A DNA stretch of 32,000 nucleotides from contig NC_010503.1 in assembly GCF_000019345.1 (NCBI RefSeq), forward strand, positions 510,001 to 542,000. Reading direction: 5' to 3'. The translations under genes were made by a program, and so were the position numbers. Below are positions 12,487 to 26,282 of this stretch, piece after piece. A model generated the notes under the pieces. That model ran no database searches and was not told the DNA's origin. It saw nothing but the letters and a program-made list of their open reading frames with translations. Each line of letters starts with the position of its first letter. The first letter of the stretch is position 1. Source of the stretch: Ureaplasma parvum serovar 3 str. ATCC 27815 (GTDB lineage Bacteria > Bacillota_I > Bacilli_A > Mycoplasmatales > Mycoplasmoidaceae).

Positions 12487-13488
12487 TTATTTAATTTGGG
12501 CATTAAATTTAAAATTATTTGAATATAAATAACGAATATCATCAATTTCATATTTTAACATTGCAATTCGATCAATACCCACACCAAAAGCCATCCCTGT
12601 TCTAATATCGTTAATATTCGCAGCTTTTAGAACATTTTCATGTAGCATTCCAGTTCCCATAATTTCAATTCATGTACTTTTTTTGCAAACTGCACACCCT
12701 TTTAAATCGCATTTAAAACATTGAACATCAACTTCAAACGAAGGCTCAGTAAACGGAAAAAAACTTAAACGATAACGTGTTTTTAAATTTTGACCAAATA
12801 AATATTTAATCAAACTGTCAATTAATCACTTTAAATTAGCAACAGTTAAACCTTCTTTAACTCATACAAAATCAACTTGATTGAATTGGTGGCTATGTGT
12901 TGCATCATCATCATCTTTTCGATAAACATTACCAAAAGACATAATTCTAATGTCCTTGTTTACGTTATTTTCTAAAAATTGTGCGGTTGTAGTTGTGCAA
13001 TGCGTACGTAACATTTTAATTGAATTAATAAAAAAAGAATCAGCACTTGCTCTTGCTGGATGATTTTCATCAATATTTAAATGATCAAAATTATAAATAG
13101 GTGAAACAACTTCTGAACCACTTACAATTTCAAAATTTAATTTTTTAAAAAAAGATGCAATATCATCAATAATACTATTGAGAATATGATGATGCCCATT
13201 ATTAATAAAAGGAGCAAACAAAGTCTTATTTGTTCATTTTTTTAAATCAACTTGATCATCTTTATCATTTAATTCTTTTAAAATTTGATCAGTAACAAAT
13301 TCAATTTGTTGTTTGAAATTATTAATTAATAAACCCATTTCTTTTTTATTAGCGCTTTTTTTTAATTCATCATATAGTGGTAATAAATGTTGTTTAACAA
13401 AAATATTTTTTAATTCAATCAAATGACGTTCATTATTTGCTGTTCGTAAAATTTGTTTTAAATTTTTAATTAGATTAATAACATCCAT
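12487..13488 (-). CDS. pheS: Phenylalanyl-tRNA synthetase alpha subunit
   Basis: 334-codon frame after UGA=Trp. Contains [64 protein letters not shown] and [14 protein letters not shown]. An alternative GTG start lies at 13494. Confidence 0.93.
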
Positions 13489-13494
13489 GAACAC

Positions 13495-13965
13495 TTACTC
13501 GCTTTCTTTTTTAGTATCTTCTTGTTGATCTTTAATCACTTTTTGATCTTCTTTATTATTTTTTTGAAAATTACGAAACCAATTCTTAACTAATTTTTTA
13601 TCTTTTAATTCTGGAATATAAACGTTTGAATAAGATCAATAAGCAAAAATATTAATATTAATAATAATAATTAAAAACGAACTTATTCCAAGAATTGAAC
13701 CATATTTAAATATTTTAATTTGGTTATAAGGAGAATCTAAATGAAAATTTTTGGTTTTAAAAATTTTAATAATATTTTGTTTTCATTCGTTATATTCATC
13801 AATTCGCGCATAATAATCTTTGATATAGTATGATAAACGAACAGCCGATCAGATTAAAATTGCTAATAAAATTGCTACAAAAACATATGAAATAATCGTA
13901 ATAATTTTAAAACCCTCGATTGTTTTTAAAAAATCATAAAATTTTTTACCTTTTTTGTTATTCAT
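13495..13965 (-). CDS. Small hypothetical membrane protein (156 aa, two predicted TM segments)
   Basis: 157-codon frame after UGA=Trp. MNNKKGKKFYDFLKTIEGFKIITIISYVFVAILLAILIWSAVRL... with a second hydrophobic segment ILGISSFLIIIININIFAYW. AGGAAAT SD. Starts inside the end of nadE. Confidence 0.7.
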
Positions 13966-14725
13966 GTTTATTTCCTAATTTATAATTTAAAAATAATTTC
14001 TTTTTATCAAAAACAAAATGTTTATGAGCATTAGTCTCATAACGTTTTTTAATCATGCTAACAATTTTAGGATTAATTTTACGATAAAGTAAAAATTGAT
14101 CAAGATCGTTATATGTAAAACCAAAAAAACTCTCATCAGTTTTGTGTTCATCATCTTCATTTGCTGGAGTAGGAGCACGGTTTAAAATTTTATTTGGTAA
14201 ATGATAATAAGCACCTAATTCATAAATATGTTTTTTTAGTAAACCAATTAACATATAATAATCAGCGGCACTATCGCCATATTTAGTAAAAAAACCTAAA
14301 ATGTACTCATCATAGTTTAAATTACTCACAACAACACCCTTGTATGCATTCGCCATTGCATATAAATAATTTGTACGAATTTTAGGCTTTAAATTATAAA
14401 GAACATATTTATCATTTGTTTTTTTATTAATCATTTTACAATAGCTATCATAGATATCAACAAGATTGATAACTTCAATGTTAGGATAAATATTTTTTAA
14501 TTCATTAATACATTCATAATCTAAACTCGAATTATGAATATCTAAAAAATAAGCATAAATATTAAGATCATACTCTTTTTTTAAATCATTTAAAATAGCT
14601 AATGTTAAAGTGCTATCAATACCACCTGAAATGCCCAAAATAACATTATTCGTTTGTGCGTCATTTAAAAATTTTATAAAATCATTTTTCAACCATTGTA
14701 GATATTTAATCAAATCATTATTCAT
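13958..14725 (-). CDS. nadE: NAD(+) synthase (NH3-dependent)
   Basis: 255 aa. PP-loop ILGISGGIDSTLTLAI, YLYAMANAYKGVVVSNLNYDEYILGFFTKYGDSAADYYMLIGLLKKHIYEL and APTPANEDDEHKTDESFFGFTY. Confidence 0.93.
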   Translation of the reverse strand: MNNDLIKYLQWLKNDFIKFLNDAQTNNVILGISGGIDSTLTLAILNDLKKEYDLNIYAYFLDIHNSSLDYECINELKNIYPNIEVINLVDIYDSYCKMINKKTNDKYVLYNLKPKIRTNYLYAMANAYKGVVVSNLNYDEYILGFFTKYGDSAADYYMLIGLLKKHIYELGAYYHLPNKILNRAPTPANEDDEHKTDESFFGFTYNDLDQFLLYRKINPKIVSMIKKRYETNAHKHFVFDKKKLFLNYKLGNKHE

Positions 14726-14732
14726 AATTTAT

Positions 14733-16040
14733 TTACTCTTCAAATTCTAATGTAATATCATATATTTTAATACTATCCCCCGCTACTGCTCCAGCTTGTA
14801 GTAATTGCTGGTTAAAATTGATGCTTTGAAGTTTTTGATTAAAACGAATTAAATTATCTTGCGTTTTTAAGGGAATGCGATGTGCTCAATATTTTAAATA
14901 TTCACCAAAGACTTCAAAAATATGATCATCAACTTTTATAATTTCAATAGTTTTATCTAATTCTTTACTTTTAGGAATATCACTCGTTCATTTTAAAATT
15001 TGATCAACTGGTAATTGTTCTTTAAGTCGTTGCTCATAAATCTTTTTTTGTGCAAAGTAAATTTTAATAACATCATCTAACATATTATCTACATGTAAAT
15101 TTGTTAACGCAGATATAATTTTAATTTCTTGATTATTTTTTAAATATTCTTTTAGAATCTGCAAATTTTCTAATGCTCCAATTTGATCTATTTTATTAGC
15201 AACCAATACAATTGGTTTGTTAACTAAATTTTGTTTATATTGTTTTAATTCATTAACAATCGTTTCATAAGCATTAATAATATCAGGATTATCATTAGGA
15301 TCTAAAGAAATTAAATGAATTAATAAAAAACAACGTTCGATATGTTTTAAAAAATCATGCCCCAAGCCAACTCCTGTATGTGCTCCTTCAATTAAACCAG
15401 GAATATCTGCAAAAATGATACGATTTTGATCACGATAAATTGTACCTAAAACGGGATTTAAAGTTGTAAACATGTAATTTGCCGTTTTTGGTTTAGCATT
15501 TGTAAATGTAGAAATTAATGTTGATTTTCCTGCATTTGGTAATCCTATAATTCCAATATCAGCAATAGTTTTTAATTCTAATAAAACTTCAACATTTTCA
15601 CCTAATTCTCCTAATTCATATAAATTTGGTGCTTTATTAAAAGGCGATTTAAAATGTGTATTTCCATGACCGCCTAAACCACCTTGGGCAACTAAATATT
15701 TTTGTTGATCAATATTAATATCTGCCAAAATTTCATTAGTGATAGGATTATAAACAACTGTTCCTAGTGGCACATTAATAAAAACATCTTCCGCATTCGC
15801 ACCATGTTGATTTTTAATATCGCCTTTTTCACCATGTTTTGCACGAATAATTTTTTTATATTTTAAAAATTCTAATGAAGTTTCATTGTGATTACCAACA
15901 AATCAGATTGACCCACCATTTCCACCATTTCCACCAGCTGGTCCACCTTCTGGAACATGAGTTTCACGACGTCATGAAACAATTCCATCCCCACCATTAC
16001 CTGCAATCAATACGATTTTACATTTATCAATAAATGCCAT
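14733..16040 (-). CDS. obgE: GTPase Obg/CgtA
   Basis: 436-codon frame after UGA=Trp. Gly-rich Obg fold (VPEGGPAGGNGGNGGSIWFV, AQGGLGGHGN) and G motifs GLPNAGKSTLI, DIPGLIEGAHTGVGLGHDFLKHIER, NKID. Confidence 0.95.
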
Positions 16041-16042
16041 GC

Positions 16043-16861
16043 TTATTTTCCTTTTTGATCATCTTCAACTTTATATTTTATTCGTTCATTTGCTTTATTA
16101 CGCTTTTTTAATTCTAAACGTTTTTTGTTAAATTCATTATAATATTGTTCTGAATCTTTAAGTTCATTGTATAGATCTGCAGCATATGTCTCAAAATGTT
16201 TTGAGCGATTCATAATAGCATTTGTAATTTTTGTCATGATAAAAATTGGTAAAATAAAAGCAACTACTAAAATTAAAAATCGTACTAAATATCCTCAAAT
16301 TTGACTAGGAATAAATCCAGAAATAATTAAAATAAACATTCCAAATCAACATGAAACTACTGGCGTAAGAATGTCTCAACGAATCTTTGGCGTACTAAAA
16401 GCAAATATAATACATACAATAACTGCTAATCCTAAAGTTGAAAACATTGCAACTCAAACTGGATATGAACTAATTATATTTGTACCAAATTCAACACCAT
16501 GATTGTATTGATTAGTAATTTCATTAACTAATTTTTGCATTCTTTCAATCATAAGAGGACCCGGTTTTGGTTTTAATTGATCATATACAATAGGATTTCA
16601 ATGATAAAAATCTTTAACTCCTACAATCCATTGTTGGTTTTCATCTAATTTAAAACCTTTTCCATATCAACGACCATTAACACCAATTATTCCATTAAAA
16701 CCTAAAAGATTGATTTCACCATATAAAATAAAAAAAACAATCATTGGAATGACAACAAAAAATGATGTAATTAAAAATTTATATAAAAGAGGTGATTTAA
16801 AACGTGTATTAGTTTCAAAGGGTTTTCTAAATCAAGTAGTTTTTGAATGCCTTAAATTCAT
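16043..16861 (-). CDS. Hypothetical membrane protein (272 aa), probably 4 TM segments
   Basis: 273-codon frame after UGA=Trp, joining the ORF at 16043-16237 to an upstream hydrophobic part (MNLRHSKTTWFRKPFETNTRFKSPLLYKFLITSFFVVIPMIVFFIYGEINLLG...). Stop lies 3 nt from the obgE start. Confidence 0.72.
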
Positions 16862-16927
16862 TTACTGTCCTTTCTTTAATAAATGGTTGGTAATCAATAT
16901 GATTAAATTATAACAATTTACTATATT

Positions 16928-17845
16928 TTAATTAATAAAAGGGTTTTTCCCATTCAATAAAACTTTTGGAGATAAAGGTTTTTTATTTGGAAGCTGAATC
17001 AATAATAGTTCAATATCAAAATCTTGCGTACTTACAAAAAGTTGATTTTTAAAAATCATGATTGTTCCAGGTTTTTGACATGACTTTTGATTAGTGATTT
17101 TAACTTGATATACTTTAATTGAAACGCCATTATATTGCATAATAGCGATTGGTTTATCATACATAGCATTAACAAAACGATTAATAAAAAAAGCTGGTTG
17201 GTCAAAATTAATAATATTTTGGTCCTTTTGAATATTATAAGCAAAACTAACAGAATTTTCATCTTGTTGAATTCCAACTAAATTTGGTTTTACTAATTCT
17301 AAAAAATGTTCTTTAATCATCAATGCACTAAGATTAGCTAACTCTAAAGTTAGTGATTTGGTTGTTGTGCAATCGTTTATTTCTAAACTTCTTTGAAATA
17401 AAATATTACCTGCATCCATTTTTTTAATCGTATGCATTAAAGTGATTCCTGTTTTTAATTCACCATTTAAAATGGCATAATGAATTGGTGCTCCGCCACG
17501 TAATTTTGGTAAAAGTGAAGCATGAATATTAACGATTTTGTATTTAGGAATATCAATTATCCCTTGATTAATAAATTGACCAAAAGCACAAGTAATGATA
17601 ATATCTGGTCCTAAAATACGGATTTCTTCTTCAATTTCTTTGATTTTTTCTGGTTGAAATAACTTAATATTATGATCTAAACAAAACTGTTTAACAGGAG
17701 AGTAGATAACATTCTTTTTTCGATCAAAATGTGCATCTGGTTGACTAACAACAGCGATTAAATCAACTTCATGCATGTTAAACAATGTTTCCAAAACAAT
17801 TTTAGCGATTTCTGGTGTACCAAAAAACATTACTTTATATTTCAT
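16928..17845 (-). CDS. fmt: Methionyl-tRNA formyltransferase
   Basis: 305 aa. Contains [73 protein letters not shown]. Confidence 0.95.
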
Positions 17846-17895
17846 TTAATTAAATTCCTTATTTTAATACCTTATAAATAAGGTAAAGATAGCAA

Positions 17896-17920
17896 AATAA
17901 CTCCTTAAAATGGAGTTATT
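17896..17920 (-). terminator. Hairpin overlapping the stop codon of the CDS ending at 17919
   Basis: AATAACTCC-TTAAAAT-GGAGTTATT, a 9-bp perfect stem. The following T-run is short on the minus strand. Confidence 0.5.
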
Positions 17921-18644
17921 AGTTTGTTTTATTTTTTTGTTTTTCTAATTGTTTTTGACGTCGTTGAGCTGCTTTTTGTTGTTTTTTCTTATCTGCTTCT
18001 AATCTCTTGTTATAAATCTCATCATCTTTAGCTTTAATTGGTTCAATTCATAACATTTCTTCTTCATAATCTAAAGCACGCACAACATCAATTTCGCGTC
18101 GGTTTTCTTTTTTATTAATTTTTACCAAACGAACTTCACACTCAATCGCACGGGGTTCATCTATAATTAAAGTTTTAGCATTTCTTGTAGTAAACAAAAC
18201 TACATATAGTTCTTTAGGTTTAGCACGTTTTTCTTTTTTAATTCGTTCCATTTCAATTTTATATTGCTCTGGATTCGTTGTTTTAAGTGCTTTGATTGCT
18301 TTTTGTTCATTTTTATAATCAATTCTTTGTTGTTTTGTCATCTGAACCAAATTGTGTGGTTCAGCACGCTTAACTACATATGAATCAATAACTTCTTTTC
18401 CTTTATCGTCAATGCTACGTAAATATTTTTTAATTGTAGTTCAAACTTCATTTGTATCTGACTTATCTTTGTTATTAACACTAGTTTGATTTTCACCATT
18501 TTGTTTACGTTTTTTACGCATAATAAATACTACAACTAATACAATTGGAATGATAATGATTAAGATCATTAAAAAGTTGCCATTACCACCCTTTGCACTA
18601 TCTGCTTGTAAAATAGATTCTATTATTTCTTGGTTATCAAGCAT
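17919..18644 (-). CDS. Hypothetical single-pass membrane protein with highly charged cytoplasmic part (241 aa)
   Basis: 242-codon frame joining two track ORFs across UGA=Trp. MLDNQEIIESILQADSAKGGNGNFLMILIIIIPIVLVVVFIMRKKRKQNG... ending in a Lys/Gln-rich coiled-coil-like tail. Confidence 0.7.
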
Positions 18645-18893
18645 GTAATCCCCACCTAAACATCAATTTATGAACACATTATATTATTATATGAAATTAA
18701 TAGCAACATTCATAATTAATTAATAGATTAAAAATTATTTATTAGAATGTTAATAGAATTTAAATAATTTATTTAATTAGTAACAATCATACATTATAAA
18801 CTTTTATATCATTTATAATTATTATTAAAACATGGTTAATAAAATAAAAACCAATTAGTTATGATTTCATTTCAAAAAATAGGAAGTAAGTAA

Positions 18894-19490
18894 ATGTACA
18901 ATATTAAATTTTTAGATTTATTAAATTCAAATTTAAAGCCTAACCCTCAATGAATTTTTAAAGATCCACATCCCATTTTACGCGAAGTAACTCAAGATAT
19001 AGAAGGTAATGAATTATCAAAAGATGATATTTATTATCTTAAAAAAATGGTCCGTTATATTGATGTTTGTTATCATAATCAAGCCAAAAAATATAAAATT
19101 CGTTCAGGAATTGCGATCGCTGCAAATCAAGTTGGTTGAAACAAACGCGCAACTTATATCCATTTTAATGATGAAGCCAAAGAACATCATTATTTATTAA
19201 TTAATCCTCATATTATTAAACGTTCATCTGAAATAGCTTATTTAAATCCAGGTGAAGGATGTTTATCTGTTGATGATGATCGTTCTGGATATGTTATTAG
19301 AAATAAAAAAGTTCATGTTAAAGCATATGATCTAATTAGCGAACAATTTATTGATCAAGAATTTAGTGGTATTATTGCAATTTGCATCCAACATGAAATT
19401 GGTCATTTAGATGCTGGTTTATATTATGACAATATCAATCAACAGCAACCATTTTATGCCGATCCTAGTTGAACAAAGATAGGAAGATAA
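18894..19490 (+). CDS. def: Peptide deformylase
   Basis: 199-codon frame after UGA=Trp. Contains all three catalytic motifs in variant form: GIAIAANQVG, EGCLSV and QHEIGHLDAG. GGAAG-type SD upstream. Confidence 0.92.
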
Positions 19491-21425
<1,935 letters not shown>

Positions 21426-21430
21426 AAAAT

Positions 21431-23983
21431 ATGAGTGTAAATCATCAAAAAATTATTAATACACCTTTAGACAACATTGTTGGTGAAAGTTATGCAAAAT
21501 ATGCAAAATACATTATTCAAGATCGTGCTTTACCTGATATTCGTGATGGTTTAAAACCTGTTCAACGACGAATTTTATACGCAATGAGTGAATTAGGAAT
21601 CTTTTATGATAAACCTTATAAAAAATCTGCACGTACAGTAGGAGAAGTAATTGGTAAATATCATCCACATGGAGATTCATCAATTTATGAAGCAATGGTG
21701 AGAATGAGTCAAGATTGAAAAAATAATCTATGTTTATTAGATATGCATGGTAATAAAGGTTCAATTGATGGTGATAATGCTGCTGCAATGCGTTATACAG
21801 AAGCTCGATTATCAAAAATTGCTAGTGTAATGTTAGCCAACTTAAAAAAAGATGTTGTTAAATTTAGTCCAAACTTTGATGATAGTGAAAAAGAGCCATC
21901 AATTTTACCATCTCTTTTTCCTAATTTGTTAATCAATGGAGCAACAGGAATTGCTTCTGGTTATGCAACAAATATTCCTCCTCATAACCCTAATGAAGTT
22001 TTTGATGCTTTAATTTATCGTATTGATCATCCAGATTGTAGTGTAGAAAAACTAATTGAAATCTGTCCTGCGCCAGATTTTCCCACAGGTGGGGAAATCC
22101 ACGATTTAAATGGATGTGCTAATGCTCACAAAACTGGTGAAGGTAAATTTATAATTCGTGCTTGCATTGATTTTAAAATCAATGATAATAAGATTAATCA
22201 AATTATTATTAGTTCAATCCCTTATGAAACAAACAAGGCTTTAATCATTAAAGAAATTGAAGATATTATTTATAATAAAGAAGTTGCTGGATTAATCGAA
22301 GTTCGTGATGAATCTGATGCTAAGGGAATTAGTATAATTATTGATACTAAAAAAGATATTAATTTAGAAAATGTTAAAAACTATTTATATAAAAAAACCA
22401 ACTTGGAAATCAGCTATAATACAAAATTTATTGCAATTGTTCACCGAACTCCTACACTTGTAAATCTATCTACATATTTAGATGCTCAAATTAATCATAG
22501 TTTAGATGTAATTAATAAAGTCGATTTATATGATCTAAACAAAATTTTGTTACGTATTGAAATTGTTGAAGGCTTAATTAAATGCGTTGATTTAATTGAT
22601 GAAATTATTAAAATTATTCGTGCTAGTGAATCGCGTCAAGATGCAAAAAATACTTTAATTCAAGTTTTTAATTTTACAAATAATCAAGCTGAAGCGATTA
22701 TTATGATGCGTTTACATAATTTGACACGTACTGATATATTTGATTTAAAAAATGAATGACAAACGCTACAAGACGAAGCTAAAACGCTACAAGAACGAAT
22801 AAATTCACTTCAAGTTCGCAAAAATTATTTAAAACAAAAAATGATTGAATTTAAAAAAACTTTTGGTTTTGAACGCAAAACAAAATTATTTGATGAATTA
22901 GTAAAAGTTGAAATAAACGAAGATCAAATGATCGAAAAACAAAATTTGAATTTAGTAATAAGTCGTGATGGATACATTAAAACTGTTTCTAAAAAGTCAT
23001 TTGAGTCATCTAAATATGATGAATTAGGATTAAAAACTAATGATATTCTTTTTTATCATAATATCATTAATTCTCATGATAAAATCCTAATCATTACATC
23101 AAAAGCTAAATTAATTAATTTAGTTGCTCATAAAATCACTTCTATGCGGTGAAAAGATGTTGGTGAACACTTAAATAATTATGTGAAATTTGATGCTAAT
23201 GAAAAAGTTATAGCTGTTTATATATGGAACGAACAATTTAAAATTGATGAATATCAATTAGTTTTGGCTTCTAGATTAAATCTAATTAAAAGAATTGAAT
23301 TAAGCGAGTTGGATATAAATAAAAATAGTAAACAAATTAGCATTATGAAATTAAATGATAATGATAATTTAATCAGTGCTAATTTAATCAAAAAAGGTCA
23401 TAATCAATTTATTATTGCAATTTCTAAATTAGGATTAGCCCTGCTATTTTTAGTTCATGAAATTAATTGCTTAAATCGTTTAGCTAAAGGAATTAAAATT
23501 ATGAAATTAAAACCAAATGATGAGGTTAGTGCTATTTTAATTACTCCTAATAATGGTTATAATGTTCAACTTTTTTTAGAACGGGGAAGTAAGTGTTTTA
23601 ATATTAGTGAATTAAAATTATCAAAACGTGCGGCCACACCAACAAATTTATATCCAATAACAAAAAAAGTGCAAAATGTTTTAGCAGCTTTTTTAGTTGC
23701 TCATGAAAATGTTTTTTATCTTTTAGATCAACAACAAAAAATAAATCCATATTACTTATCAAACCCCAAACCAACAAAACTAGATACTAAAATTAGTATC
23801 TATGAAAACGATCAAATGATCACTGATGTAGTTAAAGATTGCTTTTTAAGTGATGAAGCAATTAGTGATTTTAAAAAAATTAATATGTACGCAAATGAAT
23901 TTGATAATGAAATGCTAAAAATTAATAAAAATCACGATGATTCACAATTAGAATTAATTGATGAAGAGGAAGAAAAAAAATAA
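21431..23983 (+). CDS. parC: DNA topoisomerase IV subunit A
   Basis: 851-codon frame after UGA=Trp. Contains [43 protein letters not shown], catalytic Tyr region [11 protein letters not shown] and [13 protein letters not shown]. Confidence 0.94.
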
Positions 23984-25068
23984 TGATAACAAATAAAAAA
24001 TGTAAAGGCTGTGGAGCTTTTTTGAATGATCAAATCAATACAATTGGATATACCCCAAAAATAAATGAAACAAAAACCAATTTATGCCAACGTTGTTTTA
24101 AATTAATACACTATAATAAACTTGAAAAAGTAAGTACTAATTTAAATCAAAGTATTAAAGAGACAATTAACACTTTAAATTTTAGTAATTTACAGATTTT
24201 TGCTGTATTAGATATTTTAGATTTAGAACACACAATTATTGATGAACTAAAAGAATATCAAAATAAAATTATTTTTTTAGTTAATAAAATTGATTTATTA
24301 CCTCAGCGCTACAATAGTGAATTAGTTAATGAAAATGTTGTTAAAACACTTATTAATCATGGATTTATTGATCCTAAAATTATCTATGTTTCCACACATT
24401 CTAATACCAGTTTAAAAAAAGTTATGGATTATATTAAAAATGCAACTAATAAAAAACAAAAATCCATTTTTTTTGGAAAATCAAATGTTGGTAAATCAAG
24501 TTTAATCAATGCTTTATTAGCGCTAAATAAAATTAAAACTAAACTTACAATTAGTAGTTATACTAATACAACAATTAATTTAAATAAAATTAATATACAA
24601 GAACATCAAATACTTGATGCTCCCGGAGTTTGTTTTGATGAAAACATTTTAAATTATGTACGTGATGAAGATAATAAATCAATCATGATTTCTTATGGTG
24701 CTAAAGCAATTAATTACCAAATTAATCCCCAACAAGCTCTTATGATTTCTGGATTGGTTGGAATTCAGTATTTAAAGGGTCAAAAAACAACTTTTACATT
24801 ATATGTTTCATCCCAATTAGATATTCATCGTTGTAAATTAGAAAATTTTATAATGAATTTTAATAAACGATATTTATTAGCGAAGTTCAATTATCTAAAT
24901 CAAGATCTTGAATTTGTTGACCATCTAATAACTTTAAATAAGGATCAAAAAACCAATATTTGTATTGCAGGCCTAGGTTTGTTAGTTATTAATGCTCATG
25001 CTGAACAAATATGTATCCGTTTACCAAAAAGTGTTGGTCTAAAAGTAGCAAAATATGCGATTATTTAA
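23983..25068 (+). CDS. yqeH: Ribosome biogenesis GTPase YqeH
   Basis: 361 aa. N-terminal zinc finger CKGCGAFLN...LCQRCFKL, circularly permuted GTPase motifs NKIDLLP and [20 protein letters not shown] overlap with parC. Confidence 0.92.
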
Positions 25069-25094
25069 TTATTATTAATAAAGAGAGATTTGTT

Positions 25095-26273
25095 ATGAAA
25101 ATCATTTTGTTTTGTGGAGCTTTTGATATGGTTCACAATGCTCATATTGCAATGGCTAAACAAGCCATGAAGTTAGTTAATGCTGACAAACTAATTTTTT
25201 TACCATCAAATTTTAAATTTTTTAAAGCAATTAATAAAAATGACAATTTAGAGTATGAAAAAACAAAATTAACACCTGGACATCATCGTATAGCCATGTT
25301 AAAAATTGCAACCAAAAATTTAGTAAATATTGAAGTAAGTGACTACGAATTAAAACAAATTAATAAATCTTATACAATCAATACCATTGAGCATTTTAAA
25401 CAAATATATGGTAGTGAACATGAATATTATTTTATTATGGGTAGTGATAACTTAGAACGTTTTAAACAATGAAAAGATTGGGAACGAATTCTAAAAGAAG
25501 TTAAAATTATTTGTTTTAAACGTGGGGATGTTTGTGTTAAAAAAAGTTGCCCACAAAAAAGCTGTGAATGCGAAAGTTTTAATTTTTTCGAACATGAAAT
25601 TCTTTTGGTTAATGATTTTAATTACAATATCAGTTCTACTGAAATTAAAAAACGCCATAATTTAACATCAGGAATAGATCCAGCAGTCCTTGATTATATT
25701 AATGAACATGGTTTATATGCTTTATGATTATTAGAAAAACATTTAATTTCATATGATAATTTTAATAATTTAGAAAAAAAAGTTGCACGCATCAATCATT
25801 GTCGTCGCGTTGCTCAAATGTGTGTTGATTTAATGAATGTCTATGATAAAAAACTAATTGATCAAGCTTATTGTGCGGGAATTTATCATGACATACTAAA
25901 ATGTTTAGATGAACAAGAAAGTGTTGCATATTTTAATGAACATAAAAGTGAATTAAATATTGGTGATGATTTTATCTCTTGAAGAATCTTACATTCATAT
26001 CTTGGTGCACATTTATTACAAACCCAATATGGTTTTAAAAATCAATTAATTTTAAATGCTATTCGTCGTCATACAAGACCTTTTGATTTTATTAAAGATT
26101 ATAGTGAATTAACTACTTTAGATAAAATTCTATATTGTGCTGATAAATTAGAGCCTAACCGTAGGGAAGAAATTGATCAAATTAACATTGATTATTATCG
26201 AAAATTAGTTTTTGAAGATCTAGATAAGGCATTTATTGAAGTTTATCAATACCAACAAAGACAAAGAAAATAA
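25095..26273 (+). CDS. nadD: Bifunctional nicotinate-nucleotide adenylyltransferase (NadD) / YqeK-type HD-domain hydrolase fusion
   Basis: 393-codon frame after UGA=Trp. N-terminal nucleotidyltransferase [12 protein letters not shown]...[13 protein letters not shown]...[10 protein letters not shown]-terminal HD domain [30 protein letters not shown] and [14 protein letters not shown]. Confidence 0.9.
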
Positions 26274-26282
26274 GGTAAAAAT

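Noticed and set aside
12337-12522. Plus-strand ORF over the pheT/pheS junction
   Set aside because: Antisense to conserved pheT N-terminus; Phe/Ile-rich shadow translation of AT-rich DNA.
13486-13494. GTG at 13494 as the pheS start
   Set aside because: The ATG two codons downstream (13488) is equally placed and preferred; the difference is only two residues and cannot be settled from sequence.
16710-17277. ORFs 16710-16913 (+) and 17056-17277 (-, alternative frame) around fmt
   Set aside because: They overlap the fmt frame or the adjacent membrane protein in other frames and have no recognisable product.
19009-19200. ORF 19009-19200 (+)
   Set aside because: Out of frame inside def; the true def frame carries all three deformylase motifs.
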